Shown here piece after piece: positions 40,549 through 50,936 of a stretch of DNA of 51,687 nucleotides. How positions within the stretch are numbered: position 1 is the first letter of the stretch; every line of letters starts with the position of its first letter. This DNA comes from Gemmatimonadaceae bacterium. Lineage in GTDB: Bacteria > Gemmatimonadota > Gemmatimonadetes > Gemmatimonadales > Gemmatimonadaceae. The notes under the pieces were generated by a model. It searched no databases and was not told the origin of the DNA. It saw only the letters and a program-made list of their open reading frames with translations. The position numbers and the translations under genes are program-made. Where the stretch lies: NCBI GenBank assembly GCA_044224875.1, contig JBGAJQ010000034.1, positions 1-51,687 of the forward strand, in the 5' to 3' direction.

Positions 40549-41210
40549 AGATCTTTCTCGCGAGCGCCTCGTTCGACGACGTCCGATGGGCCATGAGCTG
40601 CGGTTTGGTCGATGGCGTCCTCGTGTCCGCATCGCACCTGGAGGCTGACTATCCCGGAGCGAATGCCAGGATGCACGCCGCCGAACTCGCCCGGCTCTTT
40701 CCCTGCCCCGTGTTCATTTCGTCGGGCGCACGAGACGCCGATGAGTTGTATCGCGAGGCCCGCGAGTGTGCGCGCACCAGCGACCAGCTGGTCTTCGAGT
40801 TCCCATTGGCCATCGATACCGTCGAGCAGCTCCATCGGGCAGTGGGAGATGGTGCAAAGATCGCCGCCAGCATGATCTTCACCACAGCACAGGCGATCCT
40901 TGCGGCCAAGGCGGGCGCTGCCGCCGTGCTGGTTCATGTGAACGCGCTGGAAGCCCAAGGGCTGAATGCGGCGTCGACTCTGCGGGACATGCGCGCAATT
41001 TTCGACGCGCACCGCATCGAGTGCGAGATCTTCGCCGTCACCCCTACCTCCGCTGGGCAAGTTGGCATGTGTGCAGCAGCCGGTGTGGACGCGGTGGTGC
41101 TGGAGAACTCCGTCCTACGGGACTTACTGCTCCATCCGCTCGATGACCGCACGTTAGACGCCCTCTTGATCGGCGCTCCACGCGTTCGGCAGCGGAGTTC
41201 GACGTCATGA
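40545..41210 (+). CDS. Transaldolase/FSA-fold protein lacking catalytic residues
   Basis: Aligns by eye to TalC/FSA (MKIFL, GLVDGV, QAILAAKAGA, HPL) but Asp6, TTNP and the Schiff-base Lys are replaced. Confidence 0.8.
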   Translation: MKIFLASASFDDVRWAMSCGLVDGVLVSASHLEADYPGANARMHAAELARLFPCPVFISSGARDADELYREARECARTSDQLVFEFPLAIDTVEQLHRAVGDGAKIAASMIFTTAQAILAAKAGAAAVLVHVNALEAQGLNAASTLRDMRAIFDAHRIECEIFAVTPTSAGQVGMCAAAGVDAVVLENSVLRDLLLHPLDDRTLDALLIGAPRVRQRSSTS

Positions 41211-42568
41211 TGAAGGCGTTCGGCTCGGCGATTCTCGCGTGGATGGCGGCGTGCGGAGGACCAGCGCCGTCAGATTCGATCGCGCAGGCGGCGCCGGTGC
41301 AGCAGCGCGACGTCGTGAACGCGGGGCTCCAATCGTCGCGTCGGACCGCTATTACCGAGGCTGCCGCTAAGGTCGCCGCCGCTGTGGTGACGGTGCAAAC
41401 GGAAACGGTGGAGCGAGTGCCGCAGGACGTGTTCGAACAGTTCTTCGGGGGACGCACGGGACAACGGGTTTCACCTGGCCTCGGTTCTGGGTTCATCACG
41501 CAAGCGAACGGCGTGATCTTGACCAACGCGCACGTGGTGAGCGGCGCGACGAAGGTCTCGGTGATGATGCGGGAGAACGATCTGGCCGTGCTCAAGATCG
41601 AGGCGCGCAATCTCCCCACGGCGCCGTTAGGCAATTCGGACTCCCTGCTGATCGGCGAGTGGGCGTTGGCGATTGGAAACCCGTACGGGTTCGTGCTGGG
41701 CAACACGGAACCGAGTGTCACGGCCGGCGTGATCAGCGCGATTGGACGAAACCTCATTGGTCAGGTCGAGGGCGGTGGCGTGTACCTCGACATGATCCAG
41801 ACCGATGCGTCGATCAACCCGGGGAATTCCGGCGGTCCGCTGGTCAATGCGCTGGGCGAAGTCATCGGCGTGAATTCATCGATCTACACGCCGAGTGGTG
41901 GCTCCATTGGGCTGGGCTTCGCCATCCCGATCAACCGGGCGCGGCGGGTGGCGGAGGACCTCATTGACCACGGTGAGATTCGCAGACCGTGGATCGGCGA
42001 GAAGCTGCGTGTGAGCACGAGCGACAACCCGCGTGACGTGGTGACGTCCGGCGTGGTCGTTCGGAGCGTTGTACCTGGCTCTCCCGGCGACAAGGCTGGT
42101 CTGCAGGCCGGCGACCAGATTGTGAAAGCTGGCGGTCGTACGCTCCGCAACGTCTTCGAGTGGGAGGCGCAACGGTTGAACCTGCGGGTCGGTGAATCGG
42201 TGCCGCTGGTGGTGAAGCGCAATGGACGCGTCGTCACGCTGCACGTGACCGTCGCCGACTTGCCTGAGGTCAGCGCGCCCAAGGTGACCGTGCTTCGGGA
42301 ACTGCAGGTCGTGACCGTTACACCGCCTATTCGGCAAGAGAAGCAGCTGCGAACCAATCGTGGCGCGTTGGTGGTGAGTGTGACCGACCGCGTGCGCGAT
42401 GAGATCGGCTTGCAGGAGGGCGACGTCATCGTCCAGATCAACCAATTCGAGATATCGGCTGCCAGCGACGTGTCCCGGGCGCTCGAGACGTCCCGCGGAC
42501 GCTCCGCCGTTCGCATGCTGTTTGAGCGCGGCGGCCTTTTTTACACCACTGACTTCGTCATTCGTTGA
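41207..42568 (+). CDS. DegP/HtrA serine protease with two PDZ domains, lipoprotein-like signal; short in-frame gap near 41572
   Basis: GSGFI, TNAHVV, DLAVLKI, IQTDASINPGNSGGPL; MAAC lipobox-like. Confidence 0.93.
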   Translation: MMKAFGSAILAWMAACGGPAPSDSIAQAAPVQQRDVVNAGLQSSRRTAITEAAAKVAAAVVTVQTETVERVPQDVFEQFFGGRTGQRVSPGLGSGFITQANGVILTNAHVVSGATKVSVMMRENDLAVLKIEARNLPTAPLGNSDSLLIGEWALAIGNPYGFVLGNTEPSVTAGVISAIGRNLIGQVEGGGVYLDMIQTDASINPGNSGGPLVNALGEVIGVNSSIYTPSGGSIGLGFAIPINRARRVAEDLIDHGEIRRPWIGEKLRVSTSDNPRDVVTSGVVVRSVVPGSPGDKAGLQAGDQIVKAGGRTLRNVFEWEAQRLNLRVGESVPLVVKRNGRVVTLHVTVADLPEVSAPKVTVLRELQVVTVTPPIRQEKQLRTNRGALVVSVTDRVRDEIGLQEGDVIVQINQFEISAASDVSRALETSRGRSAVRMLFERGGLFYTTDFVIR

Positions 42569-43614
42569 CCTTGAAGCGACAGGACTCATACAGCTCACCA
42601 CTCGCCGAACGGTACGCCTCCAGCGCGATGTTGTCCCTGTGGTCGCCCAGCAAGCGCTACGGCCTCTGGCGTCGCCTGTGGCTGACACTCGCCGAACAGG
42701 AGCAGCAACTGGGCGTCCCGATTCCTGGCGACGCGCTGGCCCAAATGCGACAGAACCTCGACGACATCGATTTCGAGGCCGTCGCTGCCTACGAGAAGCG
42801 CTTCCGGCACGACGTGATGGCGCACGTACACGCGTTTGGGGATGCCGCACCGGCCGCGCGCGGCATCATTCACCTTGGCGCAACCAGCGCGTATGTGACC
42901 GACAACGCGGACCTCATCCTGATGCGCGAGGGCCTGTCGCTCCTTCGCGCCAAGGTGTACGACGTGCTCCGCGCACTGGCCACGTTCGCCGCACAGTGGC
43001 GCGCTGAAGCCACGCTGGGGTACACGCACCTCCAGCCGGCGCAGCTGACGACGGTTGGGAAGCGAGCCACCCTGTGGATGCAGGACTTGGTGTTGGACCT
43101 GTCGGATATCGAGCACCGGATGGCCACCCTGCCGTTGCGCGGCGTCAAGGGTACCACCGGCACGCAGGCATCGTTTCTGGAACTGTTCAGCGGCGATCAC
43201 GCCAAGGTGCGCGAGCTCGATCGACGCGTGACCCAGGCCATGGGATTCGACCAGACACTCCGTGTGACCGGTCAGACCTACACCCGAAAGCTCGATGCGC
43301 AGGTGCTGGACGTGCTGGGTGGGTTGGCGGCGTCGGCCGCAAAATTTGCCAGTGACATGCGCATGTTGCAGTCGTTCGGTGAGGTCAGTGAACCGTTCGA
43401 GTCGGAGCAGATCGGCTCATCGGCCATGGCGTACAAGCGCAACCCCATGCGGTCGGAGCGCATCAACTCACTGGCGCGCTTTGTCGCCTCGTTGGTGCCT
43501 AACGCGAACCAGACGCATTCCGTGCAGTACTTCGAACGCACGCTGGATGACAGCGCGAATCGTCGTCTGGTCATCCCCGATGCGTTCCTGGCAATGGACG
43601 CCATCCTGCAATGA
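42565..43614 (+). CDS. purB: Adenylosuccinate lyase, C-terminally truncated
   Basis: [45 protein letters not shown]; ends abruptly at DAILQ. Confidence 0.9.
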   Translation: MTLKRQDSYSSPLAERYASSAMLSLWSPSKRYGLWRRLWLTLAEQEQQLGVPIPGDALAQMRQNLDDIDFEAVAAYEKRFRHDVMAHVHAFGDAAPAARGIIHLGATSAYVTDNADLILMREGLSLLRAKVYDVLRALATFAAQWRAEATLGYTHLQPAQLTTVGKRATLWMQDLVLDLSDIEHRMATLPLRGVKGTTGTQASFLELFSGDHAKVRELDRRVTQAMGFDQTLRVTGQTYTRKLDAQVLDVLGGLAASAAKFASDMRMLQSFGEVSEPFESEQIGSSAMAYKRNPMRSERINSLARFVASLVPNANQTHSVQYFERTLDDSANRRLVIPDAFLAMDAILQ

Positions 43615-44360
43615 CGGCGTGGTGGCTCCGTCAGCTGGAAGGGCGCGTCTCCCATCACCTCATCACAGCCGACGCCGAGGAGATCGTGCGCCTGGTACCC
43701 TCACTGGCGGATGACGTGGCACTGCTGAGGGGTCGTTCCATGCTCTGCAAGCGGACGCAGGTCTTTCCCGTCGAGTGCGTGATTCGTGGCTACATCTCCG
43801 GGTCGGCGTGGAAGGAGTACAAGACCGCCGGGACCTTGGCGGGTGAGCGGCTGCCGGCGGGTTTGCAGGAAAGCGATCGGCTGTCGCCCGCCATTTTCAG
43901 TCCAGCGACGAAGGCGGAGTCCGGGCACGACGAGAATATCACGATCGCGCGAATGTCCGAGATCGTTGGGTCCGACGCGGCGCGCGAGCTGGAGCGCCTG
44001 ACGCGACTCGTGTTCGCTTTCGGGCAGTCCATCGCCGAACCTCGTGGCATCCTGCTCGCGGACACGAAGTTCGAGTTCGGAACGTTAGGCAGTGAGATCC
44101 TCCTCGTCGACGAGGTCATGACGCCGGATTCCTCGCGATTCTGGCCCGCCGATCGTTACGCGCCAGGTGGCCCGCAGCCCTCCTTCGACAAGCAGCCGCT
44201 GCGCGACTACCTGGATCGCGAACGGCATGCCGGACGATGGAATGGCGACGCACCGCCGCCACCGCTGCCGGCGGAGGTAGTGACCGCCACGAGTGAGCGA
44301 TATCTCGACGCGTTCCGTCGCATCACGAACACGACGCTCGACACCAGGAACCTCTCGTGA
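43611..44360 (+). CDS. purC: SAICAR synthase, N-terminally truncated
   Basis: [63 protein letters not shown]-terminus absent. Confidence 0.9.
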   Translation: MTAWWLRQLEGRVSHHLITADAEEIVRLVPSLADDVALLRGRSMLCKRTQVFPVECVIRGYISGSAWKEYKTAGTLAGERLPAGLQESDRLSPAIFSPATKAESGHDENITIARMSEIVGSDAARELERLTRLVFAFGQSIAEPRGILLADTKFEFGTLGSEILLVDEVMTPDSSRFWPADRYAPGGPQPSFDKQPLRDYLDRERHAGRWNGDAPPPPLPAEVVTATSERYLDAFRRITNTTLDTRNLS

Positions 44361-45010
44361 ACGTCGCCCGCGAAGGATTCGTCTTCATTGTCATTGCCGC
44401 GCTCCTCGCGGTGGGCACCTACGCGCTCGCCCTGCAGCGCCGCTCGTGGCCTCTGTGGCTGCTGGCGTTCGCGCTTACGCTGATCGCCTTGTGGGTCGTG
44501 TACTTCTTTCGCGACCCCGAGCGGACCGGTGAACGAGGCGCCGACCTGGCGGTGGCGCCGGCCGACGGCAAGATCGTGATGATCACCGAAGTGGACGAAC
44601 CCGCGTTCATCCACGGTCGCGCCACCCGCGTTTCCATTTTCATGAACGTCTTCAACGTGCACGTGAATCGATACCCGATGTCGGGCACCGTGCGCTTCGT
44701 GCATTACAACCCCGGCAAGTTCCTCAATGCCGCGACCGAGAAGTCGAGCTTGGAGAATGAGCAGAGTTCGGTCGGCATCGAGGGAAATGGCCGCCGAATT
44801 CTGGTGCGCCAGATCGCGGGACTGATCGCCCGCCGCATCGTGACCTACAGTCGGGAGGGCGAGCGTGTCGAGCAGGGGGATCGGATGGGAATCATTCGAT
44901 TCGGCTCGCGCGTGGATGTGTTCTTGCCGACGAACAGTGACATCTTGGTCAAGACAGGACAGATCACGACCGCCGGAACGACCGTGTTGGCCCGCATGCC
45001 CAAGGGGTGA
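44357..45010 (+). CDS. psd: Phosphatidylserine decarboxylase proenzyme
   Basis: [44 protein letters not shown] cleavage motif. Confidence 0.95.
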   Translation: MNVAREGFVFIVIAALLAVGTYALALQRRSWPLWLLAFALTLIALWVVYFFRDPERTGERGADLAVAPADGKIVMITEVDEPAFIHGRATRVSIFMNVFNVHVNRYPMSGTVRFVHYNPGKFLNAATEKSSLENEQSSVGIEGNGRRILVRQIAGLIARRIVTYSREGERVEQGDRMGIIRFGSRVDVFLPTNSDILVKTGQITTAGTTVLARMPKG

Positions 45011-45915
45011 CGATCATGCCACGACCCGAACTCCGCCGCACCGTGGTCTTGCTGCCTAACGGGTTCACGCTCGCGAACCTCTTCTTCGGGGTGTTTGCGA
45101 TCGTCGCGGCGTCCCGCGGGCAGTTCGACGACGCCGGCAAGTTCGTCGTCTTCGGGGGCGTGGCCGATGCGCTCGATGGGCGGATTGCCCGTGCCACTCG
45201 CACGGGATCGCGCTTCGGATCGGAGCTCGACTCCCTGGTGGACGCGATTTCGTTCGGCTTGGCGCCCTCGCTCATCATGTTCTTTGCCGTCCTCAATCGC
45301 GAGGGGTGGGATTGGTTGCTCTGCTTCTGGTTCACCGCCTGTGCGGTGATCCGGCTCGCCAGGTTCAACGTGGAGCAGGCTGGCCGCGCCAAGACGCACT
45401 TTCATGGATTGCCGAGTCCCGCCGCCGGACTCACCCTGGCCACCTACTACTGGTTCAGCCAGACGCCACTCTACAACCAGACCATGATCGGTGACCTGCC
45501 GTGGCACGTCATGCTGCGGTACATCATGTTCGGGTTGAGCTTCCTGATGATCTCGAACGTCTCGTATGCCGCGGTGCCAACGATCGGTTACCGATCGCTC
45601 CGTGAGATTTTGGGCTCCCTGCTGGTGCTCGGGACCATCGTTGGCGTCGCCTTCCTGCCAAAGGAATTCTTTTTTCCGGCGCTCATGGGCTATGTCGTCT
45701 ACGGTCTCGGAGCGACGGCGTTCCTGGGCCTCCTGGACCGGCTGCCCGGGAATGAGGAGGCGAGCGAGGACGACCGACGTGGCTTCGACGAGAACGCCGA
45801 CGACGTGGAGCGTGCAGGCCGACGCCGGCGTCGCAAGCGTCGCGGTCGCGCGAGATTCAGTGTTCATGTGAACCCGACAGCACCAACTACTTCACCAGAG
45901 GATGCTTCCGGATGA
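45007..45915 (+). CDS. pssA: CDP-diacylglycerol--serine O-phosphatidyltransferase
   Basis: PNGFTLANL, DALDGRIAR..G.ELDSLVDAISFG, RLARFN, GLPSP. Confidence 0.93.
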   Translation: MTIMPRPELRRTVVLLPNGFTLANLFFGVFAIVAASRGQFDDAGKFVVFGGVADALDGRIARATRTGSRFGSELDSLVDAISFGLAPSLIMFFAVLNREGWDWLLCFWFTACAVIRLARFNVEQAGRAKTHFHGLPSPAAGLTLATYYWFSQTPLYNQTMIGDLPWHVMLRYIMFGLSFLMISNVSYAAVPTIGYRSLREILGSLLVLGTIVGVAFLPKEFFFPALMGYVVYGLGATAFLGLLDRLPGNEEASEDDRRGFDENADDVERAGRRRRRKRRGRARFSVHVNPTAPTTSPEDASG

Positions 45916-46169
45916 CCCGTTACCGGATTGCCGTGCATATCGTGCCCCGCCGGGGCGTGCTGGATCCACAAGGCAAGGCCGTTGCCGACGCCCTGCACTC
46001 GCTCGGGTTCCCGAGCGTGCGTGACGTGCGCGTCGGCCGCCACGTGGTGGTAGAGTCCGAGGCGGAGACCAAAGACGCCGCCGCGGCGCACGTACGCGCC
46101 ATGTGCGACAAGCTCCTCGCCAACCCGGTCACCGAAGACTACGAGATTGCGGAGGTCAGCGCCGTATGA
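45912..46169 (+). CDS. purS: FGAM synthase subunit PurS
   Basis: VLDPQGKAV, VRVGR, CDKLLANPVTEDY. Confidence 0.96.
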   Translation: MTRYRIAVHIVPRRGVLDPQGKAVADALHSLGFPSVRDVRVGRHVVVESEAETKDAAAAHVRAMCDKLLANPVTEDYEIAEVSAV

Positions 46170-46858
46170 AGTTCGGCATCGTCACCTTCCCGGGGTCGAA
46201 CTGCGACGACGACACGTACGTTGCGATCACCGAAGCGTTAGGCGCCCGGGCGATTCGCTTGTGGCACAAGGACCACGACCTGCAGGGTGCTGACGTCGTC
46301 GTGCTCCCCGGCGGCTTCTCGTATGGCGACTACCTGCGTGCGGGGGGGATCGCCAGGTTCTCGCCGATCATGCAGGAAGTCGTGGAGCACGCGAAACGAG
46401 GCGGGCTCGTGCTCGGCATCTGCAACGGATTCCAGATCCTGTGCGAATCGCACTTGCTTCCCGGAGCCCTGCTGCGCAATGCACACCTCCAGTTCGTGCA
46501 TGAGCGTGTCGCGCTCCGCGTGGAGAACGCCGATACGGCGTTCACCAACCAGTACCAGGTCGGCCAGATCCTGCACATCCCAGTTGCGCACGGCGATGGC
46601 CGATTCACGATCGACGCCGACGGCCTGGCCCGGCTCCAGGATGGGAATCGGATCCTCTTTCGGTACGTTGACGCAACAGGGCAGCCGGCGCCTTCCGCCA
46701 GCCCCAACGGCGCCATGGACAACATTGCGGGAATCATCAACGATCGCGGCAACGTCATGGGTTTGATGCCGCACCCCGAACGCGTCGTGAATCCCCTCCT
46801 CGGCGGTCGGGATGGGCTCGGTCTCTTTGAATCCATTCTTGCCAGGGTGGCCGTCTAG
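46166..46858 (+). CDS. purQ: FGAM synthase glutaminase subunit PurQ
   Basis: FPGSNCD, PGGFSYGDYLR, GICNGFQ, MPHPER. Confidence 0.97.
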   Translation: MKFGIVTFPGSNCDDDTYVAITEALGARAIRLWHKDHDLQGADVVVLPGGFSYGDYLRAGGIARFSPIMQEVVEHAKRGGLVLGICNGFQILCESHLLPGALLRNAHLQFVHERVALRVENADTAFTNQYQVGQILHIPVAHGDGRFTIDADGLARLQDGNRILFRYVDATGQPAPSASPNGAMDNIAGIINDRGNVMGLMPHPERVVNPLLGGRDGLGLFESILARVAV

Positions 46859-46898
46859 CCGGTCACCTCCCTTCACTTCCGAACCACTCGCTTGAGAA

Positions 46899-47204
46899 AT
46901 GACTGACAATACGCCTTCCCGGAACGAAGACGAATACTTTGTGAAGCTCGACGCGGAGCTGATCAAGACACAGCGGGCCAAGCTGGATGCCGATCGCGCG
47001 CGCACTGAGCGCAGCGCGCACTACATGAAGTGCCCGAAGTGCGGGGCAAACCTCACAGAGGTCGACTTCCAGCACATGAAGATCGACCGATGCGTGGAGT
47101 GCAACGGCGTCTGGCTCGATCGTGGTGAGATCGAAATGCTCGAGCATGTCGATCAGAGCCGTGTGCGCGCCTTCGTTCGTTCACTCTTTGGGCTCAAGTG
47201 GTAA
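46899..47204 (+). CDS. Small zinc-ribbon (zf-TFIIB-like) protein with N-terminal coiled coil
   Basis: MKCPKCG...[16 protein letters not shown]. Confidence 0.85.
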   Translation: MTDNTPSRNEDEYFVKLDAELIKTQRAKLDADRARTERSAHYMKCPKCGANLTEVDFQHMKIDRCVECNGVWLDRGEIEMLEHVDQSRVRAFVRSLFGLKW

Positions 47205-49507
47205 TGGGTGCAACGCCCAGGCCGGGAGACCCGGTCATTACGCCAGCGATCGTCGCCGAGCATGGACTCACGGCCGATGAATTCGACCGCTTGAACGCCA
47301 TGCTCGGGCGCACGCCTACCTTCACCGAGTTGGGCATCGTCTCCGCGCTCTGGAGCGAACACTGCTCGTACAAGCACTCCCGTCCCATCCTGCGGACGCT
47401 CCCGACAAAGGGCGAACACGTCTTGCAGGGCCCGGGCGAAAACGCCGGCGTCATTGGTGTCGGCGACGGATTGGCCGTCGCGTTCAAGATCGAATCGCAT
47501 AACCACCCGTCCGCCGTCGAGCCGTACCAAGGAGCTGCAACGGGCGTGGGTGGCATCCTTCGCGACGTGTTTACGATGGGGGCGCGACCGATCGCGCTCC
47601 TCAACTCGTTGCGTTTTGGTTCGCTCGAACACGCGCGTGTCCGATACCTCTTCGCCGGCGTCGTCAAGGGAATTGGCGATTACGGCAACTGTGTTGGCGT
47701 GCCTACGGTGGCCGGCGACGTCGTGTTCGATCCTTCCTACGAGGGGAATCCGCTCGTCAACGCTATGTGCGTTGGCGTCATGAAGGTCGACGAGCTGATC
47801 ACGGCGAAGGCGGAAGGTGTCGGGAACCCCATCATGGCCGTTGGCGCTCGCACCGGCCGCGACGGCATTCACGGCGCCTCCTTCGCGTCAGAAGACCTGT
47901 CACACGAAAGCGATGCGAAGCGTCCGCGCGTTCAGGTGGGAGATCCGTTCACGGAAAAGCTGCTACTCGAGGCATCGTTGGAGCTGATCCGCTCCGGGCA
48001 CATCGTGGCGATTCAGGACATGGGCGCTGCGGGCCTGACCAGTTCCTCGGCCGAGATGGCCGCCCGTGGTGACGTGGGTGTCACCATCGACGTCGCGAAG
48101 ATGCCGGTTCGCGAAGAAGGCATGACGCCGTACGAGATCCTCCTGAGCGAATCGCAAGAGCGCATGCTGGTCGTGGCCAAACGCGGGCACGAGCATTTCG
48201 TTCGCGATATCCTCGCGAAATGGGATCTGAGTGCCGAGGTCATCGGCGAGGTCATCGCCGAGCCCGTGTATCGTGTGACGGAAGGGAGTCGTGTGGTCGC
48301 CGAGTTCCCCGGCTCGCGTCTGGTCACGGATTGTCCCGTGTACTCGCCGGAGGCCCGTGAGAGCGAGGACGTGCGCCGACTTCGCGAGACGGATGTACAC
48401 CTGGTGCCAGAGCGTCCGGAAGAAGGCGATCCCATGTGGACGTTACGCGCTCTGCTGGCGGCACCAACCATTGCCAACAAGCGATGGGTCTATCGACAGT
48501 ACGATCAGTCTGTTCGACATGCCACGATCGTTGGTCCGGGCGCTTCGGACGCCGCGGTGATCCACCTGCATGGCACGCGAAAGGCGCTGGCCCTCAAGAC
48601 CGACTGCAATGGTCGGTATGTCTACCTGGATCCGCGCGTCGGCGGGCGCATCGCCGTGGCTGAGGCCGCACGAAACGTCGCTTGCGCGGGCGCCAAACCG
48701 ATGGCCATTACGAACTGCCTGAACTTCGGGAACCCCAAGCGTCCGGAAGTGTTTTTTCAGTTCCGCGAGGCGGTGGGCGGCATGGGGGACGCGTGCTCCG
48801 CGTTAGGCACGCCGGTGACCGGCGGGAACGTCTCGTTCTACAACGAGAGTCCGGCAGGTGCGGTTCATCCCACACCAATGATCGGAATGGTCGGCTTGGT
48901 GGGGGACGTCGATCACGTGACGCGCGCCCCCTTCCGCAGCGCGGGTGACGCCATCGTGCTGCTCGGTGAGCCGACGTCCGAGTTAGGCGCATCAGAGTAT
49001 CTGGCGTACATCCACCGTCTTACGGCCGGCGCGCCACCGGCGTGTGACCTCGCCGCCGAGCGTCGGTTGATCGACGCCCTGCTCGAAGCCATCGCCGCAG
49101 GTGAAGTGCGGTCGGCGCATGATTGCTCCGATGGAGGTTTGGCGGTTGCGGTGGCCGAGTGTTGCATCATGGATCGCGACGCGCTCTGGGGGGCGGAAGT
49201 GGACCTGTCGCCGTGGAGCACCCTTCCCCGGCGCGCGCTGTTCTTTGGCGAAGCCCAGGGACGCGTCGTGCTGTCGACCGCGAACGCCGAGCGGGTCCTG
49301 GCTGTTGCCCGGCGACATGGCGTGCCAGCCATGGTAATCGGGCGAGTTCAATCGCCCGACGCGGGACTGCGCATCCGCGTCGGTGCCGATGTGGCACATT
49401 CGGATATCGCATCCTTGGCCGACGCGTATCACGAGGCAATCCCGCGCATCATGACGCGTGTCGCGTCGGCGGTAATGGACGACGACCTTCTCCCTGCTGG
49501 AGCCTAA
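47204..49507 (+). CDS. purL: FGAM synthase subunit PurL
   Basis: [58 protein letters not shown]. Confidence 0.98.
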   Translation: MGATPRPGDPVITPAIVAEHGLTADEFDRLNAMLGRTPTFTELGIVSALWSEHCSYKHSRPILRTLPTKGEHVLQGPGENAGVIGVGDGLAVAFKIESHNHPSAVEPYQGAATGVGGILRDVFTMGARPIALLNSLRFGSLEHARVRYLFAGVVKGIGDYGNCVGVPTVAGDVVFDPSYEGNPLVNAMCVGVMKVDELITAKAEGVGNPIMAVGARTGRDGIHGASFASEDLSHESDAKRPRVQVGDPFTEKLLLEASLELIRSGHIVAIQDMGAAGLTSSSAEMAARGDVGVTIDVAKMPVREEGMTPYEILLSESQERMLVVAKRGHEHFVRDILAKWDLSAEVIGEVIAEPVYRVTEGSRVVAEFPGSRLVTDCPVYSPEARESEDVRRLRETDVHLVPERPEEGDPMWTLRALLAAPTIANKRWVYRQYDQSVRHATIVGPGASDAAVIHLHGTRKALALKTDCNGRYVYLDPRVGGRIAVAEAARNVACAGAKPMAITNCLNFGNPKRPEVFFQFREAVGGMGDACSALGTPVTGGNVSFYNESPAGAVHPTPMIGMVGLVGDVDHVTRAPFRSAGDAIVLLGEPTSELGASEYLAYIHRLTAGAPPACDLAAERRLIDALLEAIAAGEVRSAHDCSDGGLAVAVAECCIMDRDALWGAEVDLSPWSTLPRRALFFGEAQGRVVLSTANAERVLAVARRHGVPAMVIGRVQSPDAGLRIRVGADVAHSDIASLADAYHEAIPRIMTRVASAVMDDDLLPAGA

Positions 49508-49510
49508 CGT

Positions 49511-50899
49511 ATGTGCGGTATCTTTGGGGTGTATGGGCACGAACAGGCAGCCGAGCTCGTGCACCTCGGGCTGTACTCGCTGCAACATCGTGGACAAGAG
49601 TCCGCCGGCATCGTTGCGGTGGATGACGAAGAAGGCGCCCATTCGGTGCGCAAGATGGGCCTGGTCTCCGAGGGGCTGACCGAAGGCGAATTGCACATGC
49701 TGTCCGGGCACTTGGCGATTGGACACACGCGCTACAGCACGGCCGGCAGCTCGAGCATCGACAACGCCCAACCGTCGCTCGCCCGCTTCAAAGGCGGTCA
49801 CATCGCGCTCGCGCATAACGGCAACCTCACGAATGCCACCGAGATTCGTCGTGAACTCGAAGATCAGGGATCGATCTTCAACTCCACGATGGACTCGGAA
49901 GTCATCGTCCATCGCCTGGCCAAGGCATCGGCCCGCGCACCGGAGGAGAAGCTTGCTCAGGCGCTGCTGGGCGTTGAAGGCGCGTACTCCTTGCTCGTGG
50001 TCATTGGCGATACGCTGCTGGCGGCGCGCGATCCACGCGGTTGGCGACCGCTGGTGGTCGGCCGGTTGCGCGATGCCTACATCGTCGCCAGCGAAACGTG
50101 CGCGCTCGACATCTGCGGGGCCACACTGGTTCGCGAGGTTGAACCTGGCGAAATCGTGAGCATCGATCATCGCGGGATGCGGTCGCTGACAGCCCTGCCC
50201 CGATCGGACCTCAAACGTTGCGTGTTTGAGCACGTCTACTTCGCGCGTCCCGACAGCTACGTATTCGGCGGATCGGTCGATCGTGCGCGACGCGCGCTCG
50301 GCCGGCGCTTGGCCATTGAAGCGCCGGCGCTGGGCGCGGAAATGGTCTTCGCCGTACCAGACTCCTCCAACTCGGCAGCGCTCGGATTCGCGGAGAAGTC
50401 TGGGCTACCGCTCGAACTCGCCCTCATCCGGAATCACTACATCGGGCGGACGTTCATCCAACCGACGCAAGGAGACCGCGACGCAAAGGTGAAGGTCAAG
50501 TACAATCCCGTGAAGGAAGTGTTGGCAGGGCGAAGCGTGGTCATGGTCGACGACTCGATCGTGCGCGGGACCACGACCAAGGGGCTGGTCGCCCTGGTTC
50601 GCGGAGCGGGCGCTCGCGAGGTCCATATGCGCGTGTCTTCACCACCCATCAAGTGGCCGTGCTTCTATGGCATCGACACGCCACGCCGTGAGGAACTGAT
50701 TGCCGCGAGCCACTCGTTGGATGAGATCGCGAAGCAAATTGGCGTCGACTCGCTCGGCTATTTGTCGCTCCAAGGCATGCTCGGCGCGGTCCCCGGAGGC
50801 CCGCACGGTTTTTGCCACGCGTGTTTCTCGGGGGATTACCCCACAGCGCCGCCATCTGACACCGATAAGTTGAGGTTCGCGGTCGGCGCGACCGCCTAG
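49511..50899 (+). CDS. purF: Amidophosphoribosyltransferase (Fe-S type)
   Basis: MCGIFG, QHRGQESAG, GHTRYST, CVFEHVYFARPDS, VDDSIVRGTT, CHAC. Confidence 0.98.
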   Translation: MCGIFGVYGHEQAAELVHLGLYSLQHRGQESAGIVAVDDEEGAHSVRKMGLVSEGLTEGELHMLSGHLAIGHTRYSTAGSSSIDNAQPSLARFKGGHIALAHNGNLTNATEIRRELEDQGSIFNSTMDSEVIVHRLAKASARAPEEKLAQALLGVEGAYSLLVVIGDTLLAARDPRGWRPLVVGRLRDAYIVASETCALDICGATLVREVEPGEIVSIDHRGMRSLTALPRSDLKRCVFEHVYFARPDSYVFGGSVDRARRALGRRLAIEAPALGAEMVFAVPDSSNSAALGFAEKSGLPLELALIRNHYIGRTFIQPTQGDRDAKVKVKYNPVKEVLAGRSVVMVDDSIVRGTTTKGLVALVRGAGAREVHMRVSSPPIKWPCFYGIDTPRREELIAASHSLDEIAKQIGVDSLGYLSLQGMLGAVPGGPHGFCHACFSGDYPTAPPSDTDKLRFAVGATA

Positions 50900-50936
50900 T
50901 TCTTAAGTCCCTTCGACCCTCATTTCCGAAAGGCTC

